Shown: positions 9,601-21,600 of the stretch, piece by piece
Position numbering within the stretch: the stretch's first letter is position 1
Layout: every line of letters begins with the position of its first letter
Assembly: GCA_039197915.1 (NCBI GenBank)
Contig: JBCCTV010000001.1
Span: 5,140 to 69,139, forward strand
Origin: Pseudomonadota bacterium
Lineage (GTDB): Bacteria > Pseudomonadota > Alphaproteobacteria > Caulobacterales > Parvularculaceae
DNA length: 64,000 nucleotides
Reading direction: 5' to 3'
The notes under the pieces: generated by a model
The model's database searches: none
Told to the model about the DNA's origin: nothing
The model's input: the letters and a program-made list of their open reading frames with translations, nothing else
Translations under genes and position numbers: made by a program

Positions 9601-12600
9601 CGCCGCCGGCGCCCTCGAGGGTATCAGCGCCGTCGCCGCCGTCGATTGAATTGACGTTGTCGTCGCCGGTTAGATCGTCGCCGTTCGATGAGCCGATCAA
9701 ATTTTGAATGTCGATGAGAACGTCGCCCGTGGCGTCGTTGCCGAAATGAACGCCCGTGTCGAGGTTCACCGAGACCGCGCCCGATCCCTCATAGGACGCT
9801 GTGTTGGAACCCGCGCCGCCGCGCAAAGTGTCCGCGTCCGCCCCGCCGCGCAGGACATCGTCGTCCTGGCCGCCCGATAAGTCATTACGCGCGCCATTGC
9901 CGACAATCGTGTCCGCGCCTTCGCCGCCAATAACAAATTCGATATTCGTCAGTATGTCGCCGGCCGCCTCCGCACCCGCATTATTGGCGTTATTCGATAG
10001 ATCGATGACAAGATCCGCAGTCGAATTAGCGTAATCGGCGACGTCGTTTAGCGTGCCGCCGCCATCAAGTGTGTCCGCGCCTAAACCGCCGCGCAGGGTG
10101 TCGATACCCGCGCCGCCTTCAAGGAGGTCAGCGACGGTCCCGCCGGTTAGAATGTCGCCGCCGCCTTCGCCGCGAAGCGTGCTGCCGGTATTGGCTGCGA
10201 TGAGCGTATCGCCGGTGTTTGAGCCCTCGAGGATTTCAATGCTATCGAGGAAATCGCCCTCGGCGTCGCCGCCGAGGCCGGCGCCCGTTTCAAGGTTGAT
10301 GTTTACCGCGCCTGCCGAGCCCGTATACCGGGCGGTGTCGATGCCGCTGTCGCCTTCAAGGCTGTCCGCACCCGCACCACCGATGAGGAGGTCATTGTCG
10401 CCGCCCCCTTGTAATCGGTTGATATTGCCGTCGCCGATGAGCGTGTCAGTGGAGCCGGATCCGATGATGTTCTCGATGAGCTCCAGTCGATCGCCAGCCG
10501 CGTCGCCGCCGGCGCCAAAATTTCCGATCGTGAGCTGAACGTTTACGCCCGCAGCTGAGTTCGAGTAATCGGCCGTATCAATACCGTCGCCGCCGACCAG
10601 GGTGTCGGCGCCTTCGCCGCCTTCGAGAAGGTCGTTTGACGCCGACCCGTCGAGCCGGTTGGCGAGGCTGTCGCCGATGAGCGTATCGTTATTGTTGCCG
10701 CCGATGAGGTTTTCGATGCTCGTTAGCGTGTCGTCGGCTGCGTCGCCGCCGGTGGCGACGCCGGTCGCCAAGTTGACCGAGACGGCGGCGGCCGCACCTT
10801 CGTAACTCGCCGTATCAAGGCCATCGCCGCCATCGAGACTATCGCCTGCGGAGCCCCCGATCAGCGTATCAGCGTTAGCGCCGCCTTCTAGCGTATCGGA
10901 GCCAATGCCGCCGCTTAGAATATCGTCGCCGCCACGTCCGAGTAAAACGTTCGTACCCGCATTTGCTGAGAGCGTATCATTGCTTTCAGAGCCGGCAGCA
11001 TTCTCAATATCCGTATAAACATCGTTCTGGGCGTCGCCGCCAATGCCACCGCCCGTAAGGTCGACATTCACGGCTGCCGACAGGGCGTAATCAACCCAGT
11101 CGTCGCCACCGCCGCCATTCAGCGTATCAGCGCCCGCCCCGCCAATGAGGGTGTCGTTTTCGTCACCACCCGCAAGGCTGTTGTCGAGACTATCGCCAGT
11201 GAGTTGGTCCGCGAAATCGGAGCCAATTAGGTTTTCGATCTCGGTCAGGACGTCCCCATCGGCGTGGCCGCCGCTCGCCGTATTGCCGCCGAGATTGATT
11301 GTTACAGCGTCGTCAGAGGCCGCATAGGTCGCCGTATCCGTACCCGAATTACCGAACAATGTGTCAGCACCCTCGCCGCCGGCGAGGAGGTCGGCGCCGG
11401 CCGATCCGTCAAGGCTATTATCGAGGCTGTCGCCAGTGAGCGTGTCGTTGCCTCCGGACCCGATGATGTTCTCGATTTGCGTTAGAACATCGCCCTGGGC
11501 GTCGCCAAACGCGTTTTGGAGGTTATCGGAAAGGTCCACGCGTACAGCGCCCGATGCGGTGTAATCGGCCGTATCAATGCCGCCGCCGCCGTCGATAATG
11601 TCGCCATCGGCACCGCCGCGCAGGACGTCGTTGTCGCCGCCGCCGGAAATCTGATCGACGCCTTCAAAACCAAAGATCGTGTCTGCGCCGCCGCCGCCGG
11701 ACAAAATGTTCGCTTCAAGATTACCCCGGATCGCGTCGTTAAAGCCGGAGCCGAGGACATTTTCGATATCGGTCAGCGTATCCTGGGCGCCGCCGTCGTC
11801 GATCGCGCGCCCGGTATCGAGGAAAACGGAAACGGCGCCGCCAGCGGATTCATAGCTGACAAAGTCGTTGTCGCCGCCGCCGTCTAAAATGTCCGCGCCG
11901 GCTTCCCCAACGAGCGTATCATTGCCGCCTTCGCCGAAGATCGTATCGTTGCCAGCGCCGCCAACGAGGCTGTCGTCTCCGTCGCCGCCCCGTAATTCAT
12001 TACCAAGACTATTACCAATCAGCGTGTCGTTGCCAGTGGTTGCAATGACCTCTTCGATTGAAATGAGAACGTCGCCATCTGCGTCGCCGCCGGACACCAC
12101 ACCGGTGCCCAGATTGACGCTAACGGGATCAGCCGAAGCCGAGTAGTCGACAATGTCAAAGCCTTCGCCGCCATCGAGCGTGTCGGCCCCGCTGCCGCCG
12201 GCCAGCGTATCAGCGCCGGCGCCCGCGCGAATTTCGTCATCGCCCCCAAGCCCGGTGAGGACGTCCCCGCCGCCGAGACCACGAATGACGTTCGCTTCGC
12301 CGTCACCCGTTATCTGATCATTTTGTTCCGAACCCGTGACATTCTCAATCTCGGTTAACGTGTCGCCTAGGGCGTCGCCATTTGTGCCGAGCCCGGAGAG
12401 AAGGCTCAAAACAACGCCGGAGGTCGATCCGCTATAGTCGGCCAAGTCAATATTGCCGCCGCCGTCGAGGCTGTCAGCGCCGGCGCCGCCAATCAGCGTA
12501 TCAGCGCCGAGATCGCCAAAGAGCTCGTTGGCGCCGCCGTCGCCGGCTAACAGGTCGTCGCCGTCTGAGCCCAGAACATTTTGAATGTTTGTAAGCGTAT

Positions 12601-15600
12601 CGCCTTGGGCGTCGCCGCCGAGCCCGGTTCCAAGCGCCAGATCGATCTGAATGCCGTCGGCGCCGCCCGTGTAAACGGCCGTGTTGACGCCGCCGCCGCC
12701 ATTGAGACTATCAGCGCCGGCGCCGCCTTCGAGCGTGTCTTCACCAGCATTGCCAAGAAGCGTATCGCCGCCTTCGCGACCGATCAGTTGGTCAGCGCCG
12801 CCGCCGCCTTCGAGGGTATTGCTAAGGGAGTCGCCCGCAATCGTATCGTTCTCACCGGACCCAATTACACGCTCAATACCGGCGAGCGTGTCGCCGTCGG
12901 CATCGCCAAACGTGCCCGTGCCCGCAGCGAGGTCGATGTCGACTGCGGTAGAGCCGGCATAACTCGCCGTGTCATCGCCCTCGCCGCCGTCAATGCTGTC
13001 TTGTCCCTCGCCGCCAAAGATCAGGTCCGCACCCTCCTGTCCAAGGAGGGTGTCGTTGCCGCCTTCGCCGCGTAGCTCGTCGGCGTTATCGCCGCCTTCG
13101 AGACGGTTCGCGCCCGATTGCCCGCGCAAGGTATCCGCGCCATCACCGCCAATGATATTCTCAATACTAACAAGGGAGTCGTTGCCGATATCGGCGCCGC
13201 TCGCCGCATTAGAAGCGAGGTTTGCGGTTACAGCCGCTGTCGAGGCGCTGTAATCGGCCGTATCGGCCTCGCCGCCGCCATCAAGGGTGTCGTTGCCGTC
13301 AAGACCGCTCAAGGTGTCAGCGCCGCCCGCCCCTTCGAGGCGGTTATCCAAGCTGTCGCCAGTTAGGGTGTCGGAAAGCCCCGAACCCAGAAGGTTTTCA
13401 ATGCCCGTCAGCGTATCGCCGTCGGCGTCGCCGCCGCTTGCGGTGTTGGCGTCCAAATTGACGTTTACGCCGGCCGTGGAGCCCACATATTCAGCCGTGT
13501 CAACACCGGCGTCGCCAATCAGGCTGTCGCCGCCTTCGCCGCCCCGCAAAGTATCGCCGTCCGCGCCGCCATCGAGCGTATCGGCCCCACCGCCGCCGCG
13601 CAGTTGATCAACCCCGCCAGCGCCGATGAGGATATTATCACGCGTATTGCCGATCAGCAGGTCAGCAGCTTCCGTACCCGTCACATTTTCAATGTCGATC
13701 AGCGTGTCGCCCTGGGCGTCGCCTCCGGCGCCAGTGCCGTCCACCAGGTTAACCGTAACGCCGCCGACCGAGCCGGTATAATCAGCTGTGTCGACGCCCT
13801 CGCCGCCGTCTAGCGTGTCGGCCGCCCCAAGGCCGCGCAGGATGTCGTCGCCACCGCGGCCTTCCAATCGGTTCTGTGCTGACGATCCGACAAGCGTGTC
13901 GTTTCCAGCGCCGCCAAAGGCGCCTTCAATGCTTGTGAGCGTGTCGCCGGCGGCATCGCCGCCGCTGGCGGTTCCAGCGCCTAGGTCAATGTTCACCGCG
14001 GTTGAAGCGCTATAGTCGGCAATGTCAAAATCGCCACCTTGCCCGTCGAGACTGTCAGCGCCGGCGCGACCGGCGAGGGTGTCGTTGCCTTCGCCGCCGA
14101 TGAGCGTGTTGCCGAGGCTGTCGCCGCTCAGGCTGTCGCCAAAGCCCGAACCAATGACTTGCTCAACGCCTTCAATCGTATCGCCTTGGGCGTCATTTGA
14201 GGCGCCAGTCCCAGCCGCCAAATCGATCTGTACAGCGCCGAATGATGCGGAATAATCAATCGCATCGATGCCGCCGCCGCCGACAAGGCTGTCCGCGCCG
14301 GAGCCGCCAATCAGGAGGTCGTTGTCGCCGCCACCGTCGAGCGTGTCATTTTCATCGCCGCCGTCGAGCGTGTCCTGGCCGGCATTGCCGGTGAGCGCGT
14401 TGCGCTGGGCGTCGCCGGTAAGTTCATCATTAAAGCCGGAGCCAATGAGATTTTCAATTTCGTCAAGGTCGTCGCCGGCGGCGTGACCGAAGGCCGCCGT
14501 GTCATTCTCGAGATCAATCACCACACGGTCATTTGACGCCGCATAGCTCGCCGTATCGCTGCCCTCGCCGCCGATGATTTGGTCAGCGCCGGCGCCGCCG
14601 ACGATAAAGTCTTCGCCGTCGCCGGCTTCAATTCGGTTGACGAGGCTGTCGCCCGTGAGCGTGTCGTCGAGACCGGACCCGATGATGTTCTCAAACCCAT
14701 CGATCACGTCGCCGGCGGCGTCGCCGCCCGAGGCGATATTGTTCGCGAGGTCGACATTAACCCCAGCGTTTGAGCTGGCGTAGGAAATTGTGTCGGTATC
14801 AGCGCCGCCGATCAGCGTATCAGCGCCTTGGCCGCCTTCGATGGTGTCAGCGCCGCCTTCCCCATCGATGGAGTCCGCCCCGCCAGCGCCCAAAATGATG
14901 TCGCTGCCGCCGCCGCCGAAGATATCGTTCGCCGTATCGGACCCCTCGAGCGTGTCGCCCGCGGCCGACCCTGTGAGGTTCTCAAAGTTTGTGAGCGTAT
15001 CGCCGGTTGCGTCGCCGCCGCTCGCAGCGCCGGTTCGCAAGCTGACGTTTACGCCCTGGGACGATTGGGCGTAAGTGACGGTGTCTTCTTCGCCGCCGCC
15101 GTCGAGCAAGTCGCCGCCGCTGCCGCCTTCGATCGTATCATTATCGCCGCCGCCGAGGAGAACGTCAGCGCCGCCGCCGCCGGAAAGAGCATCCGCACCT
15201 TGACCGCCTTCAAACCGGTTCGCAAGCGAATCGCCGGTAATCGTGTCGGCGTTAGCGCTACCGAGTATGTTCTCTATACTGATTAGCGTATCGTCAGCGG
15301 CGAGGCCGCCAGCCGCCGTATTCAATTCGAGGTCGATACTGACACCGGCCCCCGATAGGCGATAATCCGCGGTGTCGACGCCCGAGCTCCCGTCGAGACG
15401 GTCAGCGCCGCCGCCGCCGTCGAAAATATCATCGGAGCCCAGCCCTTCGAGCACATTGTCGTCGGCATCGCCGATCAACGTGTCCGCGCCCGCAGAACCA
15501 CGCAGATTTTCAAACCCGGAGATAATGTCGCCGGAGGCATCGCCGCCCGAGACAGCGCCGGTCGCCAAATTGACAGACACAGCACTTGCAGACCCTTGGT

Positions 15601-18600
15601 AGGAAAGCGTGTCGCTCTCGCTGCCGCCATCGAGCGTGTCTGCGCCAGCCCCGCCTTCAATGGTGTCCGCGCCGCCGGCGCCTTGGATGTTGTTGACGAA
15701 ATTGTCGCCGACTAAGCTGTCGCCATTGCCGGAGCCAATGATATTCTCAATACTGATGAACTGGTCGCCATCAGCGTCGCCGTCAAACCCAGCGCCGCTT
15801 GAGAGGAACACACGGACGGCGCTTGATCCGGTGTAATCGACCGTATCAATACCAATGTCGCCGTCCAAACGGTCAGCGCCAGCGCCCCCGATCAAGGTAT
15901 CCGCGCCTTCGCCGCCTTCCAGCGTATCAACGCCGGCGTCGCCGATGAGGCTGTCTGCGCCGCCGTCGCCGGTCAGAAGGTCGGCGCCGTCGTTGCCGCG
16001 CAAGGTGTCCGCCGATGCGCCGCCGATGAGCGTGTTGTTGGTGTCGTCGCCGGTGAGGGTGTCGCTAAAGGCCGACCCGATCACGCCTTCAATGTTGGCG
16101 AGCGTATCGTTATCGGCGTGGCCGCCAGACCAGGTTGATAAGAGCAGGTTGATGTCGACCCCGGCGTTGCTGCTTTCATAGCTCGCCAGGTCATCGCCGC
16201 CTTCGCCGTCAATATTGTCGCCGCCGGCGCCGCCCTCGAGGACGTCATTTTCGCCGCCGCCGGTGAGCACATCCCCATTGGCGCCGCCGCGCAGGGTGTC
16301 GGCCCCGCCGCCGCCGGCAAGATTATTCGCCTCAAGATTACCAACGACGCTATCAGCGCCGCCAGAACCGATGACGTTTTCGATTTCTGAATAGGTGTCG
16401 CCCGCAGCGTCGCCGCCCAAACCAACGCCGGTGCTCAGATTAACTGATACCGCGCCGCCGGACGCTCCGTAGTCTGCTGTATCAACGCCGCCCCCGCCGG
16501 AGAGGAAGTCAGCGCCAGCGAGGCCCGCAAGAATGTCGTTATCGCCGCCGCCTGCAAGGGTATTGCTTTCATCGTCACCGGTCAGCGTGTCTGCGTTTGC
16601 AGAGCCGGTCAGGTTTTCGATGCTACTAAAAGTGTCGCCGGCAGCCGAGCCAAACTGCGCCACATTCGTTGTCAGGTTCACATTCACGCCGACGCTGCTG
16701 TCGGCGTAACTGGCCGTATCCTGACCACCGCCGCCGATCAATTCGTCGCCGTCAGCGCCGCCCTGGAGAATGTCGTTCTGGGAGCCGCCGTCGAGGGTGT
16801 CCGCCCCCCCGCCGCCGATCAAGGTATCAACGCCCGCAAGGCCGGTTAGGATATTCGCGTCGCCATCGCCCGTTAGCACATCTTCTTGCAGCGAGCCTTC
16901 GATGTTTTCGATTTCGATCAGGACATCGCCGTCGGCGTCGCCGCCGCTCGTAAAGCCAGGGCCGCTGATATCAACCGTGACGCCGCCGCCGGAATTCCGG
17001 TAGGTGACCGTGTCATTGTCCGCACCACCGTCAATCGTATCCGCGCCAGCCCCGCCTTCGATCAGGTCCGCCCCTTGGCCGCCGCTCAAATTGTTCAGGG
17101 AAATGGTGCCGATCAGCGTATCATTGCCGTCCGACCCAATCGCGTTCTCTATGCTGACATATTCGTCGCCCTCGGCGAAGCCGCCAAGGCCGAAGCCGTT
17201 TTGCAAATCAACAAAGACCGCCGCGCCCGAACCGCTATAATCAACCGTGTCAAAGGCAGAACCGCCATCGAGGCTGTCGGCGCCCAGGCTGCCGACCAAT
17301 GTATCGGATCCCGCTTCGCCAAATATCGTGTCATTGCCGCCAGCGCCGTCGAGGCTGTCGTTACCGCCGCGCCCTTGGAGCACGTTTTCTTCCGAATCGC
17401 CGATGATCGTATCGTTGAAGTTTGACCCGATCGCGTTCTCGATATTGGAAAATGTATCGCCAGTGGCGTGACCGCCTGTCGCCGCATCGTTTTCAATATC
17501 GACAGAGACGGCCGCGTCGGACGTTTCATAGCTGACCGTATCAATGCCGCCGCCGCCATCGGTAACGTCTGCGCCTTCGCCGCCGATAAGCGTGTCTGCG
17601 TTTTCACCGCCGAGAAGCGTGTCATCTTCAGCGCCGCCCGACAATAAATCAGCGCCGTCGTTCCCTGTGAGGACGTTTTGCTCAGAATCGCCAATCAGCG
17701 TATCGCTTGAGTTTGAGCCCTGAACATTTTCAATTGAATCAAACGTATCAAATTGCGCATCGCCGCCGACGCCGACGCGTGCCTGCAAATTGACATTTAC
17801 GCCGACCCCGGAGCTTCGATAATCAACGAGGTCGACGCCGTCGCCGCCCACCAGGCTGTCCGCCCCGCCGAGGCCAATGAGCGTGTCGTTACTGTCGCCG
17901 CCCGACAACGTATTGTTTTCATTGTCACCCGTCAGCGTGTCGCTAAAGTCTGAGCCGATGACGCCTTCGATGTCGATATATTCATCGAGCGCGGCCGCGC
18001 CAAACTGGCCAACAGAGTTTAGGAGATCGACGTTTACGCCGACGCCTGAGTCCGTGTAGCTCGCGATATCAATGCCGAGCGAGCCGTCCAGGGTGTCGGC
18101 GCCGAGCCCGCCGGTCAGCGTATTTTCGCCAAGCCCGCCGATGAGCGAGTCCGCGCCGCCGCGGCCAAAGATCAAATCGTCGCTGGCCCCGCCATCAATG
18201 CGGTTGCCAGTATTATCCCCATAGAGAGTATCCCGGAATGCTGACCCGGTGAGATTTTCAATGCTGTCTAAAGTATCGCCGTTGGCGTGGCCGCCTGTAT
18301 TTGTATTGTTCAGGAGGTCAATATTCACCGATGCGTTTGACCCGGCATAGCTCGCCGTATCAAGGCCGTCGCCGCCAACGATCGAATCGCCCGCTGCCCC
18401 GCCTTCAAGAATGTCCGCGCCGTCGCCACCGGTCAAAACATTGACGGCGCCGTTGCCGATCAACGTATCGCCAAGGGCTGAGCCCTCAACATTTTCGATC
18501 GAAATCAGGACGTCGTTTTGAGCGTCGCCGCCGAGCCCTGTCTCAGTCGCCAGGTTGACGTTCACGCCAACGAGGGAGCCTGTGTAATTGACCGTATCAG

Positions 18601-21600
18601 AACCAATACCGCCGTCGATGGTGTCTGCGGCCGCGCCACCTTCAAGGGAATCGTCGCCCTCACCGCCGGATAGGGTGTTCTCGTTTTCGTCACCGATCAG
18701 AAGATCGTTAAAGTCAGTACCGATCACGCCTTGAATGTTGACAAGCGTGTCGCCGTCGGCGTCGCCTCCAGAGGCGCTTTGGGCGTCGATATTGACAGTC
18801 ACCGCGAGGCCCGAACCCGCATAGCTGACAACGTTCTGACCGATGCCGCCGTCAAGACTATCGGCGCCCTGACCACCGCTTAAGGTATCGTCGCCGCCGC
18901 CGCCGAGGAGCGTATCATCGCCGCCGAGGCCTGAGAGCGTGTCGTCGCCGCCAGCGCCGTCGAGGATATCGCCGTCGGCGCCGTTGTCGCCGATCAACGT
19001 GTCGCCAACGTTTGAGCCCGTTACGTCTTCAATTGAGATCAAGACATCGCCGTCGGCGTCGCCGCCAACGCCCGTCAACAACGAAAGATCGACGCTGACG
19101 CCCGCGTTTGACGTTATATAGCTGACGGCGTCACGGCCTTCGCCGCCGTCCAAGGTGTCGGCGCTCGCACCGCCGACGAGCGTGTCTTCGCCGTCGCCGC
19201 CGAGCAGACTATCCGCGCCGAAAGCGCCATCGAGGCTATCATTGCCGTCGCCGCCTTCGAGCACATTAGAGCGCACGTCGCCGAAGATATTGTCGTTGAA
19301 ATCACTGCCGCGAATATTTTCGATATTCGTCAGCGTGTCCCCATCGGCGTCGCCGCCAAGGCCGATATTGTTGGCCAGATCAACTGTGATCGCGGTTTCA
19401 CTGTCAGAATAATCAGCAAGGTCTAACCCCGCGCCGCCGTCCAGAACATCAGCACCGAGAAGACCGATCAAGGTGTCGTTACCAGCACCGCCGGTCAACG
19501 CATTGGCGTCGTCGGTGCCCCGCAAGCGGTCGGCCGAGCTCGTGCCAATAACGTTTTCTATATTTAGGAACGTGTCGCCGTCCGCGTCGCCGCCGGTTGC
19601 GGTCTGCAATTCGAGATTAACGTCGACCGCGACCGCCCCGCCTGAGTAATCAATCGTGTCGATGCCGGATCCGCCGTCGATCACGTCAGCGCCGGCGCCG
19701 CCGCGCAACTGGTCGGCGCCAGCCCCGCCGCTCAAGGTGTCGTCGCCGTCTTCACCAATAAGGGTATCGTCGCCGCCTTCGCCGCGCAGATCGTCGTCTG
19801 AAGCGTCGCCCACGAAGCGATCGTTAAAGGCCGATCCAACCAGCGCTTCTACGTCGAAAAACGTATCGCCATTGGCGTCGCCGCCGGAGCCGACGCCCGT
19901 GTTGAAATCGACAACAACGCCGCTGGCGGAACCCGCATAGCTTGCGATGTCAAAGCCCGCCCCGCCGGAAATCACATCAACGCCGGCGCCGCCTTCAAGC
20001 GAATCGTCGCCTTCGCCGCCGAAGAGTTGGTTGTTTTCACCGTCGCCGACGAGGGTGTCGTTGAAATCACTGCCGATGATGATCTCAAGATTGGCGTAGA
20101 CGTCGCCTGCTGCGTCGCCGCCGGCGCCAAAGCCTGTCGTGAGGTTTACATTGACGCCCACAACGCTTGCGGCGAAATCGACCGTGTCCACACCATCGCC
20201 GCCGTCGAGCGTATCGGCGCCACCGGCGCCCACAAGCGTATCGTTACCCTGGGCGCCGCGTAATTCATTCGCCTCGTCGTCGCCCAACAGGGTGTCGTTA
20301 AAGGCTGATCCCCCAACCCCTTCGATAGAGATCAGGGTGTCGCCGTTAGCGTCGCCGCCCGTCGCCAACTGAGCGGCCAGATCAACGCTTACCGCCGCGG
20401 ACGATGAGAAGTAATCCGTGCGATCGAGGCCAGCGCCCCCATCAAGTAAGTCTGCACCCTGACCACCTTCGAGACCATCGTCGCCAGCGCCGCCGCGCAG
20501 CGTATTCTCCCCGGCGTCGCCTTTTAGGGTGTCGTCAAACTGCGAACCGTCAATATTTTCAAATCCAGACAGCGTATCAACATCGCCGCCCTCAAGCCCC
20601 GCCGACGCCGTACCGGCGCCGAGATCCGCGTTTACGGCGGTCAACAGCGTACTGAAGTCTAGGACGTCAACGCCCACGCCGCCCGACAGGCTGTCGCTGC
20701 CGAGACCACCATCGATCGTGTCGTCGCCCACGCCGCCATCAAGGGTGTCAGAGCCTGCGGCCCCGCGCAAAATGTCCGAACCCGATCCACCGACAAAGCG
20801 ATTGTCGGCGCCGTCGCCAAGAAGCGTATCGTCGAAAGCGGAGCCCAGTATTTCTTCGATAGCAGTGACGACATCGCCATCGGCCTCGCCAGCAAAGCCA
20901 GCGCCGGCTGCAAGGTCCAGCCCTACCGCTGCGGTCGCCAGCGTGTAGTCGACAAGGTCAGACCCCTCGCCGCCATCGAGCGTGTCGGCCCCGCCCGCGC
21001 CGCCCAGGGTGTCGTCGCCGGCCCCGCCGAGGAGGCTGTTTGCGCCGCCATCGCCAACGATGAAATCATCAAAGGCGGATCCTTCGATGTTTTCTATATT
21101 AGTGAGCGTGTCGCCGGTGGCGTCGCCGCCTACAAAATCACCCGTACCGAGATTAATTGACACGGCTTCATCTGACCGTTGATAGCTCGCCGTGTCCAAA
21201 CCGCCGCCGCCGTCAATCTGGTCAGCGCCACCCAAGCCTTCGAAGAAATTTGCGCCCGCATCGCCGGTCAGGCTGTCGTTGAATTCAGAGCCGACAACGC
21301 CTTCGATCGACGTCAGCGCGTCTCCGTCCGCGTACCCGCCGGTGATTTCCCCGGCCACCAGGTTGATGCGCACGGGCGCATCCGAAAGCTCATAGGAGGC
21401 GATGTCGTCGCCTGCCCCGCCGTTGATTTGATCTGCGCCGATGCCAGCGACAATCGTATCGTCGCCGCCGCCTGCTGAGATGGTATTACCGGGCGGGTTT
21501 ACTGGGAGTACGACCACCTGGTCGCCCGTTAGCGCATCCACGAAGACCATGTCTTCTGGCGAGTCGACGATCGCCTGGACGACCTGGGTGCTCGCCGTGG